A stretch of 63,915 nt of DNA, filler included, from Reclinomonas americana ATCC 50394 (lineage: Eukaryota): the NCBI GenBank assembly GCA_048213135.1. It is 5 parts of 4 records of this genome, joined end to end, with 100 filler letters (N's around TTAATTAATTAA, not from the genome) between each part and the next. Parts side by side here need not be neighbours in the genome. Positions count along the whole stretch, not along the records: positions 1 to 26,257 come from PS015351.1; 4 more parts are not named here. One strand, given 5' to 3'. The notes under the pieces were generated by a model. The model was not told the DNA's origin. It made no database searches and was given only the letters and a program-made list of their open reading frames with translations. How positions within the stretch are numbered: the first letter of the stretch is position 1; each line of letters starts with the position of its first letter. The position numbers and the translations under genes are program-made. This document shows positions 1 through 12,517 of this stretch, piece after piece.

Positions 1-87
1 GGGTATGAGAACGACTCGGGCTTCCCGCTCACCGAGGCCGATGGTGAGTGAGAGGGGAAAGGGGGATTAGAGGGCAGCTCTATGCTG

Positions 88-144
<57 letters not shown>

Positions 145-1310
145 CGTCTCTTTTTCTCTCCACTCTGTTCTCTCCCCCGTTTCTCTTCTGCGTAACGGAG
201 CACACTGGGTGACCACATACTGCACAGTTCCTGCACATGCGGTGGCAAAGTCAGAAGCGGCCGTCGTCGTCGTGATCGTGTCTCTCCTTTCTCTCCCGTT
301 TCTTTTCTGTGTCACGGACTGTTCGAGGACTTTTCTGTTCCTGCGGTGGCGAGTCTTTCTCTCCCTCTCCACTCTATATTCACTCTCTGTTGTGTTATGG
401 AGTGAACTGGGGCGCCACGGACTCCGCAGGCCCTGCAGTGGCAAAGTCAGAAACGGCCGTCGTCGTCGTCGTTATCGTGTCTCTCCTTTCTCTCCCTTTT
501 CCCCCCGTTACTTTGACTTTTCTGTTCCTGCGGTGGTAAGTCTCCCTCTCCACTCTATTCTCTCACCTTTTTCTCTTGTGTCATGGAGCGCAGTGGTCGA
601 CCACAGACGCCGCAGTCCCTGCAGTGGCGATTCAGAATCCGTCGCCTTCTCGTACGCTCTCCCCCTCCTTTCTTCCCCGTTTCTTTTCTGTGTCATGGAC
701 TGTGCTTGGATTTTTCTGTTCCTGCGGTGGCGAGTCTCCCTCTCCACTCTATCCTCTCTCTCCCTTCTTCCTCCCTCTCCTCCCTCTCTCCCTCCCTCCC
801 TCCCTCTCCCTCTTCCTCCCTCTCCCTCTCCCACTCACTCGCCCTCGATCGCAGCCATGGACTACCTCACGTTCCTCTCCACCGAGGGGCACGCCCGCGG
901 ACTGGCCGTCGGTCTGAAGAACACCAACGACCTGGCCACCAAGGCACAGGTGCTGCTCCCCCACCGTTCCTTGTTTCTCTCCCCTCCTCCTGCTCATTCC
1001 TCCTCCTCCACAGCCACTCATGGAATACGCTGTCGTCGAATCGTGTCTCCAGTACGACGAGTGCGACACGTATGACGCCTTCCTCGACCACGGCAAGCCG
1101 ATCTTTGCCTGTGAGGTATATGCATCCGGCGCTCCGATCTCCTTCTCGGCCCTCTCTCACCCACCTATCGTCATGATGCAGTACGCCGACAGCAGCTCGG
1201 CCGCTCCGCGTTTGCGCACCAAGGACTGCGCCGAGCCCTCCGTCAAGGGCTTCAGCCTGATCATCAAGCTGCAGGATCTGCACGCACCCGTGTGGGCCTG
1301 CCAGTACTGA
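1..1310 (+). CDS. Glycoside hydrolase family 114 (endo-alpha-1,4-polygalactosaminidase-like), 3' part; exons 1-43, 855-949, 1013-1116, 1182-1310
   Basis: Spliced translation GYENDSGFPLTEAD-AMDYLTFLSTEGHARGLAVGLKNTNDLATKAQ-PLMEYAVVESCLQYDECDTYDAFLDHGKPIFACE-YADS...WACQY* contains the GH114 motifs (GFPLT, HARGLAVGLKN, AVxExC..Y.EC, GKP.F..EY). All three introns are GT-AG and in phase. Confidence 0.85.
236..760. repeat. Three degenerate ~190 bp tandem units in the GH114 intron
   Basis: Blocks tgc(g/a)gtggc..tcagaa..ccgtcg and ttttctgttcctgcggtgg..agtct..ccctctccactctat recur at about 238-380, 434-560 and 619-755. Confidence 0.8.
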
Positions 1311-1342
1311 GACTCAAATGGACGTTGCCTTCCGTATGACTT

Positions 1343-1720
1343 TGCGGTGAAGATCGCAGTTCTCGAAGCTCCGAGAGCGAAGACGTGCACAGAAACCTGC
1401 TGTTTGTGTTGATATGGTTGGACTAGCTGCGTGTTTGTTGGTGAATTGTGTTGTTGCTGACACCACTTGGAATTCGAATTTGGCGTCAATTGCAAGCCGT
1501 TTCTCTTGCAGAAACGCCGACTATTTCTCGAGCCTGCTTCCGTGATGTCTCCTTACTCATGACGGTGATCATAATGCAGCTGTCTTGATGACCAAGTTCA
1601 ACCGTATCCAAAACATCAACACAAACACCAATCTTGAGGCAGCAGCAGGTTCCTTGTGTGTGTGTGTGCGTGCGCGCTCTCGGAGCTCCGAACAAGTCGA
1701 GAACTGCGATCTTCACCGCA
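1343..1720. mobile_element. Foldback/MITE-like element with long imperfect inverted arms
   Basis: 1343-1366 (tgcggtgaagatcgcagttctcga) is the perfect reverse complement of 1697-1720. 1367-1379 pairs with 1675-1687. The right arm has a close copy at 36866-36966. No clear TSD. Confidence 0.55.
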
Positions 1721-1870
1721 TAAGCGTGGTTGACCAGTGGATCTTTTGCTCATTGATCATCATGCAGCTGTGCTGCTCTTTGCTTCTAAATTCTTTGCTT
1801 TGTTTCTCTTCTTATGACCACCTGGTGTCACATCGCCCCATCACCTCACTGCCTTTTCCGTCTCTGCGTC

Positions 1871-4645
1871 ATGAGCGCACAACCTCCATCGGCGGCTCCG
1901 GCCCAGGGAGTGCCTCGACTGCCCGCTGACCCGCCCTCGCCAGACAACACCGACAGCGATCGCGAGGGCGCAGAGGGCGAGGGCGAGGACGAAGTGCCAA
2001 AGCCGGTGCGGGGCTGGGGCACTTGCGCCATGTCCGGTACACGCTGTCGCACAACACGCTCACTCTCTCTCCACGTATACACAGGAGGCACTCTCGCGTC
2101 AGTCAAGCCCACAACACATGCGCCGCTCGTCACAGTTCAACACGCGCGCCAACTCGCCGTTCCTCGGTGAGTCCATCCATGATTGTGCGCGCATCACTCT
2201 GTCTCTCACACACACACGCTGATTCAGATATGCGAATGGGCGACCACTCACGGCTTCCCATGCGCGCCGGCAGCCCCGGCGGCGACAGTCAGATGAGCAA
2301 CGATGACACGTCGTTGATTGGCTACGGCGTGCTCTCTCCACCGTCTCCCTCGGTGCCAGTGCTGCAGCCGCTTCAGCACGTCTCTCCCGGCTCGCCAGTG
2401 TCGACGGCGGCGGCGCGAGGCGGTGGCTCGCGAGCCGTGCGCGCCAGTGGTCTGTGGTAGTGTAGATTGCGTTCTGTAGGCGCTGTGCGGACGACTGATC
2501 ACTCGCCGCACGCAGTGACCGAGGATGGTTACAGTGGCGTGTCGTTGTTTCAGGATGCCAACAGCGTGTTTGGTGGGCGCTCGGTGAATGCTGCCACGCC
2601 GGCTGTGGGACGACCGTCCAGCGTTTCGTTGCAGTGTGTTGCTTTTGCGTCCACGACGCGATGCTCACGTCTTTGCTGCGTGCAGACTCAATGGGATCCA
2701 CGACTGCCTCCACCACGCACACCGTCGCCGCCTGCGTACTATCAGGAGTACACGCGTCTGTCGCCGGTGCAGCGGCATCAACCGGTGCGTCACTCGCCGC
2801 CACTGCCGTTGCAGCAACAGCAGCAGCAGCAGCAGCAGCCACACACGCTGCCGGCTGTTGGTCCGCCACCACGTCTGCCCGTACCGCCAGGCGCCTCCTT
2901 CATGTCGAATGGCCATACGAGAGGGGACTCTGGCAATCGCACGCCCGTGCAGCCGTTTGTGTCACCGTATGATCGCGTGAAGGGTGTCGAGGACGAGGAC
3001 GACATGCGGGTGACGGATGCTGGTGGCCACTTGCGTCGGCGCAGTAGCAGCGACGTGACAGCTGGTGGTGGTAAGAAGCAGCACGATGAGGAGGAGGACG
3101 CGGAGACGAAGCGCTCGCGTCGTCACCTTGAGTACATTGGCACCGATCACCCGGTGGAGAGACGCACGCTGCCGAGTGCACGCAAGCCGCCGCTGTTGCC
3201 CATTGACACACCGGGCGCCGAACTCGAGGAGAAGCTGCGCTCGTTGCGCAGCCCGACCTCCCCACAGCCGCGCTCGCCACCTGGTCGGCGGCGCAGCTGG
3301 AGTGCGCGGCAGAGTCGGTCGGGATCTCGTGCGGGCTCACGCACCGGCAACGAGACTGACGGCATGCCGACCCCCGGCGATGTGGAAGACAATCGCTCCG
3401 TGGTCAGCGACACGGCGGACCAGGCGGACGGCAAGACGCGCCGCAAGTCGTCCATGGTGGAGGTGGACGAGGACGACGACACAGCATCCAGCAACACCGA
3501 CAAGGCGCATCAGCGACTGCTACAGCTGCGCGAGATCAGCGGCAGTCCGCTCTCCTCGCCCGTCCACGGCCGCTCGTACTTGCGACCAATGGGCGACGGT
3601 GGTGTGGCGCCCCGACCGTCGAGGTGAGGCGGGAGGTGTAGGAGAATGAGGCTGTCTGTGTGCGTGTGTGTGTCTCACCCTTGTCTTGCTGGCAGACTGC
3701 AACCCATGTTTGAGTTGCCGGCTCCGACGGGCCGCCGCGTGACACTGCGCACGGCGCCGACCGACCTCGACGGCAAGAGCGGCAAGGCCTTTGACTTTGA
3801 CAGCGTGACACCCGGCAACGACCTGACGACCAACAGCTCCACACTCGGCTCCGGTCTCACACCGGACCGCGATCAGGCGCTGCGATATCTCCTGCTCGAG
3901 TTGCGCATTCGTTTGATTTCTTTTCTGTGTTTTTCTCGCTCTCTCTCTGTGCTCATGCGCCGCTCGTACAGGGACAAGCACATTGTGCGCATGTCCAGAC
4001 GGACGCGCTGCTGGCTGGCCGTGATCACAGGCATCGTGGCGGCGATCGTGTTACTCATAGTTTGTCACTCGGCACACAAATTCTCATCTGTCTGTGCTGA
4101 CGTTTTCCCCTCTCGTGCGCAGGTGGCCTTTATCATCTTTGTGTTTGCGTCGCGCCAGCTGTGGACAAGCTGGGTCATCACCGGCGGCCTGGTCGTGCAA
4201 GGTATGTTGGTGGAAATCCATCGGAGCGCCGACCAACCGACGCAATCGAACATATCTCTTTTTTCCTCGCTCTCTCTTCGATGCACACACACAGGCACGC
4301 AAGATAGCAATAGTAGGCACACGCTCTTCCCTCTCCTCCCCCCCACACACCATCTCTCTCGCGTTGCACACTGTGGTGGGATTTTCAGCGGTTCTCGTTG
4401 CATTTTGCCGCACATCGAATTTCCCCGCATCCCACAAGCGACAATGTGATCGGTCCGAGGGTGACCTGGCGCATGGCCGTCCTTNNNNNNNNNNNNNNNN
4501 NNNNNNNNNNNNNNNNNNNNNNNNNNNNNNNNNNNNNNNNNNNNNNNNNNNNNNNNNNNNNNNNNNNNNNNNNNNNNNNNNNNNNNNNNNNNNNNNNNNN
4601 NNNNNNNNNNNNNNNNNNNNNNNNNNNNNNNNNNNNNNNNNNNNN

Positions 4646-4684
<39 letters not shown>

Positions 4685-7030
4685 CGAAACTGGTGGCGTT
4701 CACCACTGGCCAGTGACGCGCGACCAGCAGCGTGCCCGTGTCACTGGAACTCGAGATGGAGTAGCCGTCGGTAAAGTTTAAACTGCAAAAGGAACGGGTG
4801 AGTGAGACGGTGCGTTAAAGGAGTGAGGAGTGCGTGTGGCGCACCTGGCAGCACTCCTCGTACTGAATCCGTCGCGGTACACATTGCTCGGAACAATGCC
4901 GGCGTTCATGGGGAAGTGGGAGGGTGCAATGCGCAGGAAACTCATGTCGGCGCCGGCATCGTTGTTGCTCAGTTGCAGGGCGTAGCCGGAGTTGTGGGTG
5001 CCTGCGTTGAGGGAAAAGAAGGGTGGGAAAGGGGAACAGAGGGAAAGGGAAAAGGGGGGAAAAAAGAAGGGGGGAAGGGAGAAGGGAGGAAGGGATAGGG
5101 AGAAGGCAACGCTCCCGAGGACACAGAGTGAAGAGATGATGCAGTGAACTCGGTCATTCGCTGCCTCGCAAGGAAAAATAGAGCACGGTCAGTTGCATGA
5201 ACCAAAGCGTGAAGCCAATCTTCTTATTGCCAGAGTGAAGAGTGAAGAGTGCAGAGCTAATGCAGCGCAAACTCAGAAATCCCATCTCCCGAGCCGTCAA
5301 GTAAAGAGGGTTGCAGAGAACCCAAGCTTCTGCCAACGCAGTCTCTTTTCTCGACCCTCAGAGTGAAGTCGGTGATTTCAGTCTTCCATCTGCACAATCC
5401 CTCCTTTCACCATCGCTCTCTCCTCTCAATCCCAAAGAGCAAAAAGACTTCGGCGAACCATCTCAGTCGAAAACAAGCTCTCTCTCCAATTTCCAAGAAG
5501 AGTCGTCGCGCAAGAGTACTCGCCAATCTCTCAAACAAATGCGTGAAGTGGAAAGGTTTTGCGAATGGTCTTCCCAACCTCACGAGTAGTACGAGCGAGG
5601 AGGATTGCGTCTCGCAACACGCTCTCCTCTCAATCCCACAGAGACTGTGCCGCACGAACTCTCTCTCTCTCCTCTTCTCCCTCTCATTCTTCGCTTTCCA
5701 AATCCAATAGGAGGCGTGGGGCGAGCGAACTCGACCTCCACACTCAAACAAATAGTGTCGTGCAGCCCCATCATTCGACAGAGTGCACCTACGGCCTACC
5801 CCTCTGTCCAAAGGACGTGCATTGGGGCCGAGATCCGTAGACAGCTGCTGCCTGCTTGAACGCAGCAAACTCCGACCAGGTAAGTATGAAAAGAGCAGCN
5901 NNNNNNNNNNNNNNNNNNNNNNNNNNNNNNNNNNNNNNNNNNNNNNNNNNNNNNNNNNNNNNNNNNNNNNNNNNNNNNNNNNNNNNNNNNNNNNNNNNNN
6001 NNNNNNNNNNNNNNNNNNNNNNNNNNNNNNNNNNNNNNNNNNNNNNNNNNNNNNNNNNNNNNNNNNNNNNNNNNNNNNNNNNNNNNNNNNNNNNNNNNNN
6101 NNNNNNNNNNNNNNNNNNNNNNNNNNNNNNNNNNNNNNNNNNNNNNNNNNNNNNNNNNNNNNNNNNNNNNNNNNNNNNNNNNNNNNNNNNNNNNNNNNNN
6201 NNNNNNNNNNNNNNNNNNNNNNNNNNNNNNNNNNNNNNNNNNNNNNNNNNNNNNNNNNNNNNNNNNNNNNNNNNNNNNNNNNNNNNNNNNNNNNNNNNNN
6301 NNNNNNNNNNNNNNNNNNNNNNNNNNNNNNNNNNNNNNNNNNNNNNNNNNNNNNNNNNNNNNNNNNNNNNNNNNNNNNNNNNNNNNNNNNNNNNNNNNNN
6401 NNNNNNNNNNNNNNNNNNNNNNNNNNNNNNNNNNNNNNNNNNNNNNNNNNNNNNNNNNNNNNNNNNNNNNNNNNNNNNNNNNNNNNNNNNNNNNNNNNNN
6501 NNNNNNNNNNNNNNNNNNNNNNNNNNNNNNNNNNNNNNNNNNNNNNNNNNNNNNNNNNNNNNNNNNNNNNCTCTCTCTCTCTCTCGATGAGGAGAGGCTG
6601 ACTCGCGCTGCTACTACAGCACCGTCCACTTCCTTCCCGGTCTCCACCGAGAGCGAGATCATTCTTGAGACCCTCATTGGCGGCGGTGTGCGCTTCAACG
6701 AGGACGTGACGGTGGCGACATCGCGCTTCAACTTTGGCATGGTCGACTCGCAGAGTGCCAGTGGTGGTGCGTCCATTCAAGCGTGCAGTCTTCCAGTGCT
6801 AGCTGACTCATCTGCGATCACGCGCACACTTGCACAGTCACCTTTACGCACGACAGCACCGGCTTGGTGATTCGCACCACCAATACCACCTCCAATGGTG
6901 ACATTTATTTGCGACCCAAGAGCCAGCGGCTGCTGCTGGACGGCCAGCTGTGCTACCTGGGCATGGCCGGGTCACCAGTTTCGTTGTTGACCACAGCACG
7001 GCATCTCTTGTGCGCGCGCTGACACCACTT

Positions 7031-7078
<48 letters not shown>

Positions 7079-10000
7079 TTCCTCTCCCTCTCACTCTCCC
7101 CATTCCCTCTCCCTCTCCCTTCCCCCTTTCCAGACGACACCCACTTGTTTGCAAGTGAGTGGCAACGGTACGCTGTCGCTGGAGCCCAAGATCGGCAACA
7201 GTATCTCCGCCGACACCAACAACTTTATCATCTCCAACACTGGTGGCATCACTCTCAAACCCGGCAAGTTGCGTTGCTGCCACAATCACGTGCTGGTGTT
7301 ATTTTTTCCCTGTCATGCTGACGAATTCCACAGTGGCATTCTCGACTTTGTCACCGACACGTGGAATGTGAACACGCGCGGTGGCGACTTTCGCATGCAG
7401 CAAACATCGACCAACTCGACATTCTACATTGCGCCTGGGTCGCGTAGACTCGTGGTCGAGGGTCGTTTGATTGCAGAGGACGGTGTGGATCTGCCGAGCG
7501 TGATCACCAACCAAGTTGCGTCGCTGTTCTATCTCGCGATTGTCAGCGTTTTTTACTCACCATCGCTTGGTGATGTCGACGCACAGGTCAGTGTGCGAGA
7601 CCCGTCGGCCAACCTTACGCTCACTACCGGCAGCAGCGGGCAAATCACACTGCAGGCCACCACACTAGCATTTGCGAACAGTTGCGATTCTTCTCAATCC
7701 GTGCGATGTCTGCGTCTCTCTCTCACTCTCACTCTCCCGAATTGCAGGCACGAGCTCGATTCGCACCGCGGGCGACGGCAGTCTCGTACTCACACCCTCC
7801 GCACCGTCCAACGAAGTGGTGATTGCTGGCACACTCAACGTGGCGAATTTGGTGGCCAGCAACTTCCAGACGGATTCGGTTCGCACGCTCTTCTCTTGTT
7901 CTGCTTGTGCATCGCCCTTATCTCACCTCTGCCCCCCTCTCACTTCTGTCCACAGCTGACCTCCAGCATGGGCAACCCACTCACACTGACCAGCTCCACT
8001 GGCACTCTGTTCTTTGTCGGCGACGAGTTGTTTGCGCAGAACACGGCCACGCAGTTCCGCATCCGCAATCAAGTCGGTGACATTGAGCTGCAACCGTTCT
8101 CCGGCGTGCTGCGGTCCGTGCTTTTGTGTTTTTCTCCCTGTCAACCCAACGCTCTTTTACTCATTGCGCTGTACCGCAGATTAACTGGCTCCACATTCCG
8201 CGGCAGCGCCACACTGACAGTGGCGTCGGCCAGTGGCTCAGTGGCCTTGGCGTCGTCCGCCCTCGCACAGCCAGTGCGCATTGTGTCGGGCGTGCTGCGT
8301 GGCGAGCCGCAGAGTTTGGTTTCCGCGCACTGTCACCCCATCCCAGTCGTCATGCATTCTACTCACTGGCATGTGTTTGGACAGGCGGCACCACCTTCCA
8401 GATTCAGACGGGCACCGAAGACATTCTCGTATCGCCCGGCTCCAACATTCTTCGGTGAGTATGCATTTCTGCGCCACGCCCCACTTATCCTGTTTTTCTC
8501 ACTCTGTGATCGACGCAGCATTGGTGCCACGACGGTGCGCGCCGAAACCACACTGCTGCTGACGTCGACCTCGAGCGACATTACCGTGCAGCCGGCAACC
8601 GGAGTGGCCGTCATCACGCAAGCTTCCGGAACGAACACGCTGCGACTGGCGGGCACGGCGCCACCGACTCTGTCGACCACTGGACCCGCTGCTTCGGTAC
8701 GTCACAACAGCTGGTGGGGTTGACTTGCTGTTTTGCTCACACGTACGCTGCACAGGGAGCGGGCTTGATTCTGTCGCCAGCCAATGGCAGCGTGCGCATC
8801 ACCGGCACCTCGAACACGCTGGACGTTAATCAGCGTGTTACGCTATCGGGGTCCGGTACCGGCACGGTGACGGTGGCGGCGGCCGGTGGCAGTCCGTCGG
8901 CCTCGCTCACCAACTCGTCACTCGCCTCCACAGCCGCCTCCTTTGCAATCAGCGTGACGGGCACACCCTCCAGCACGCTGACAGTCGCCCCCGCTGGCGT
9001 GTTCACCATGGCGGCGGGCACGGCATCCATTGTCACCGACACGGCGCGTGGTGGCGTCTTCCTCACCGACTCGGTCGGCCGTTTCGACCTCACCAAGTCG
9101 TTGCGTGTCTGTCATTATTTTGGAGGGAATGTGGGTTTCATTCGGCGCCAGCTAACAGCGGCATCGCACAGATCACTGCTGACGGACCAGAGCACCCTCA
9201 CTCTCGGTGTGGGCGCGAGTGCGGGCACGGTGCCGTCGGCGTCGGCCACCATCCAACTGGCGGCGGCGACCACCACTCTTTCGGCGGGCACGCTGCAAGT
9301 GAGCACGCTGGCGACCATCAATGGCAGCACCGGCACGCTGACCATCTCCGATGGCACCGGTGGCTTCACGCGCATGACCTCCACGTTGCGTGCCATGTTA
9401 TCAAGCACAACTCTTGTTCATTCATCGTGAACTCACTCGATCGATGCAGGCTGATCCAATCGTCACCGTCACACCTGTCGCTGCAGGGCACAGGCACAGG
9501 AGTTGCGTTCATGCCTCTGCAAGTGCTCATCGACAACCTGTGCTCATTCCGTCATCATTATACAGAAAGTGCGCTCTTTGAGCTCCTTCTCCGTGACCGC
9601 TCCGAACGGCACCACGGATGCCATGACATTCGACACTGGCACCGCGACAACCACGTGGACCATGGGCACCACTGCTACGCAGTTGCAGTGGTATGACTGG
9701 GCGAGTTGCGTGCACATGCAGCGTCTCTCTGTTCTCCTCTTGACCCCGCAATCTGACCGTCGTCGCATCACAGCCGGTGTCGCTCGCATGGACATGTCGC
9801 TGAGCAGCAATGGCAATCTGCAAGTTCGAGGCATTGTGCGTCGCCGTTTGGCTGCTCCTCACTCCAATCTGCACGACACTAATTGACACCATGCCAAATG
9901 TCGCAGGTCACCATGTCATCTCGCCGTTTCAAGACCAACATCACACCGATTGACACCAACATTGCGCTGGATCGCATCCTCAGCCTGCAGGGTGTGCAGT

Positions 10001-10517
10001 ACGACCGCACTGTTGCGTCTGCCCACCGCATGCGCGGATGTGTATCCCTTGTTTCTTGGCTGACGACTGCATGTTTGTGTGCTCGGTAGGACGTGGCAAA
10101 CACGCGTCGGTGGACGGGTCTCATTGCCGAGGACGTACTGAACATTGTTCCGGAGGTGCGTTGCCAAGCACGCACTCCATGTTTGCACGCTGTCTCTCAC
10201 TCACTGTTTTTTTGCGTCGCCAGGTGGTCATGGTGGAGGACGGCCAGGTGCAAGCCATTGCGTACCAGGAGCTCGTTCCGTTCCTGATTGAGAGCGTCAA
10301 GGCGCTGAAATCGGAGCTCGACGCCTCGAAGAGCCGCATCCAGGAACTGGAGGATCTCGTACGACAACCGCCACCACCGTGCCAACTGAACGATCAGTCG
10401 GCACCACAGCCGGCCGATGCCGGTGTGGACACGGCGAGCTTGTTGGTGGTGATCCGCGACATGGCGGCGAGGTTACAGAGGTTGGAGAACGAAAAAACGG
10501 CATCGAATGGCCGATAA
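1871..10517 (+). CDS. Large multi-exon predicted type II membrane protein: disordered Pro/Ser/Arg-rich N-terminus, one TM helix, Ser/Thr/Gly beta-rich tail-fibre-like shaft, C-terminal Peptidase S74 (ICA) domain and coiled coil
   Basis: More than 25 in-phase GT-AG introns. TM segment WLAVITGIVAAIVLLI-VAFIIFVFA at ~4012-4150. C-terminus VTMSSRRFKTNITPIDTNIALDRILSLQGVQYDRT-DVANTRRWTGLIAEDVLNIVPE-VVMVEDGQVQAIAYQELVPFLIESVKALKSELDASKSRIQELE matches the S74 pattern (SxxxxK..I, G.IAE/Q....PE.V, Y......L.E..K.L). The start codon and the exons around the gaps are less certain. Confidence 0.8.
4691..5001 (-). CDS. Two exons (5001-4845, 4782-4691) that probably belong to the 1871-10517 gene, on a reversed contig
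   Basis: Translate to THNSGYALQLSNNDAGADMSFLRIAPSHF...SLNFTDGYSISSSSDTGTLLVARHWPVVNAT. The second exon ends in phase 1 before a (CT)n intron, matching the (CT)n start at 6571 and the phase-1 exon at 6620. Confidence 0.65.
5713..5887 (-). ncRNA. U1: U1 spliceosomal snRNA
   Basis: Minus strand starts AUACUUACCUGG. SL1 is GCUGC-[GUUCAAGCAG]-GCAGC. SL2 is CUACGG..GCCCC-[AAUGCAC...]-GGGGU..CCGUAG. SL3 is GUGCA..UGCAC. Helix H is GUCG/CGAC, followed by an Sm-like site AUUUGUUUG and SL4 capped by UUCG. Length ~175 nt. Confidence 0.9.
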
Positions 10518-10715
10518 GAGAACGTCGATGTCGCCGCCGCCGCCGCCCGCAGCGAGCGTGCTTGTAACTGTAAAATGAATCACTTGTTTTGTTGTTGTTA
10601 CTCGTATTTTCCATGTTTCCTTTTTTACGAACGACCCCTACTCCTTTCTTCCCACCCAGTGGCGCGGCGACGCACGCACACAGACACACACACGTACGCT
10701 CGTTTTGCCCACGTC

Positions 10716-12481
10716 TCAGCGGCGAGCACCTTCGGCACCACCAGCGCCCTCTGCGGCAGCGGCCTGCTGTTCGGCCTGCTCCGCCTCGATGCGGCTCACC
10801 GCCTGCGACACCTCCTCCTCCGTCAGGTAGCGGATCGGTGCATTCGGGTACATCACCGCCACCTCGACATTCTTCGAGCCGCTCTCCACCACCTCGAGCA
10901 GCGTGCGAATGGACAGCATCACTGCGTCGTCGCCAGATGGCGGCTCCGTGTAGTGCTTCTCCAAAAACTCGCGGCACGTCTTCTCGCCGCGACCAATTGC
11001 ATTCGCCTATGCGCACAGAGGTTGTGAGTACGCATGCCTACTCACCAACTCCAGACCACCACAGCGGCGAATTGCCCACCTTCCACGCCGAAAAGGCACC
11101 CGACGGCTCCGTCGTGTACAATCGTGGAGTGCCGTCCGAGTCGAAGCCAGCCACCAGATTGGACACACCTGGTGGGCGGTGAGCAAAGAAGGAGAAGATG
11201 GAGATAGAGATAGATCACTTGAGAACGCACCAAAGGGCCGCACGCCACCACTCTGCGTGTATCGCTGCTGCACCTTGGCAATGTGACGAGTAATGTAGTC
11301 GACCGACACGGCGTCCTCGAATGTCAGGCGGAACGACTGGCACTCCANNNNNNNNNNNNNNNNNNNNNNNNNNNNNNNNNNNNNNNNNNNNNNNNNNNNN
11401 NNNNNNNNNNNNNNNNNNNNNNNNNNNNNNNNNNNNNNNNNNNNNNNNNNNNNNNNNNNNNNNNNNNNNNNNNNNNNNNNNNNNNNNNNNNNNNNNNNNN
11501 NNNNNNNNNNNNNNNNNNNNNNNNNNNNNNNNNNNNNNNNNNNNNNNNNNNNNNNNNNNNNNNNNNNNNNNNNNNNNNNNNNNNNNNNNNNNNNNNNNNN
11601 NNNNNNNNNNNNNNNNNNNNNNNNNNNNNNNNNNNNNNNNNNNNNNNNNNNNNNNNNNNNNNNNNNNNNNNNNNNNNNNNNNNNNNNNNNNNNNNNNNNN
11701 NNNNNNNNNNNNNNNNNNNNNNNNNNNNNNNNNNNNNNNNNNNNNNNNNNNNNNNNNNNNNNNNNNNNNNNNNNNNNNNNNNNNNNNNNNNNNNNNNNNN
11801 NNNNNNNNNNNNNNNNNNNNNNNNNNNNNNNNNNNNNNNNNNNNNNNNNNNNNNNNNNNNNNNNNNNNNNNNNNNNNNNNNNNNNNNNNNNNNNNNNNNN
11901 NNNNNNNNNNNNNNNNNNNNNNNNNNNNNNNNNNNNNNNNNNNNNNNNNNNNNNNNNNNNNNNNNNNNNNNNNNNNNNNNNNNNNNNNNNNNNNNNNNNN
12001 NNNNNNNNNNNNNNNNNNNNNNNNNNNNNNNNNNNNNNNNNNNNNNNNNNNNNNNNNNNNNNNNNNNNNNNNNNNNNNNNNNNNNNNNNNNNNNNNNNNN
12101 NNNNNNNNNNNNNNNNNNNNNNNNNNNNNNNNNNNNNNNNNNNNNNNNNNNNNNNNNNNNNNNNNNNNNNNNNNGACCAAGGTCAACACAAAGAGACTGC
12201 TTGCTGGTGTCTTGCGTGCCTCGCATAGAGAAGCAAGAATGGGAGGAAAAAGTCGAGGGTGGGCGAGAGCGAGAGTGCGCGACGAGGCACGATAGAAGTT
12301 TCCACGGAGGAAACAGGCGGAGTGGCTCTTCGTGAGCGTCGTCAGAGGGATGGAGAAAGAATTAAAGAAAGAAAGAAAGAAAGAAAGCAAGAGAGAGAGA
12401 GAGAGAGATAGAAGAGAAGACATGAGAAGATGAAAGTACACAACGGAGAACGAGAGCTCGAGTCGTCTTACGTGCGTCCTA

Positions 12482-12517
<36 letters not shown>

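Noticed and set aside
5876..5887. Perfect CAG|GTAAGTAT donor on + strand
   Set aside because: Better explained as the reverse complement of the U1 5' end.
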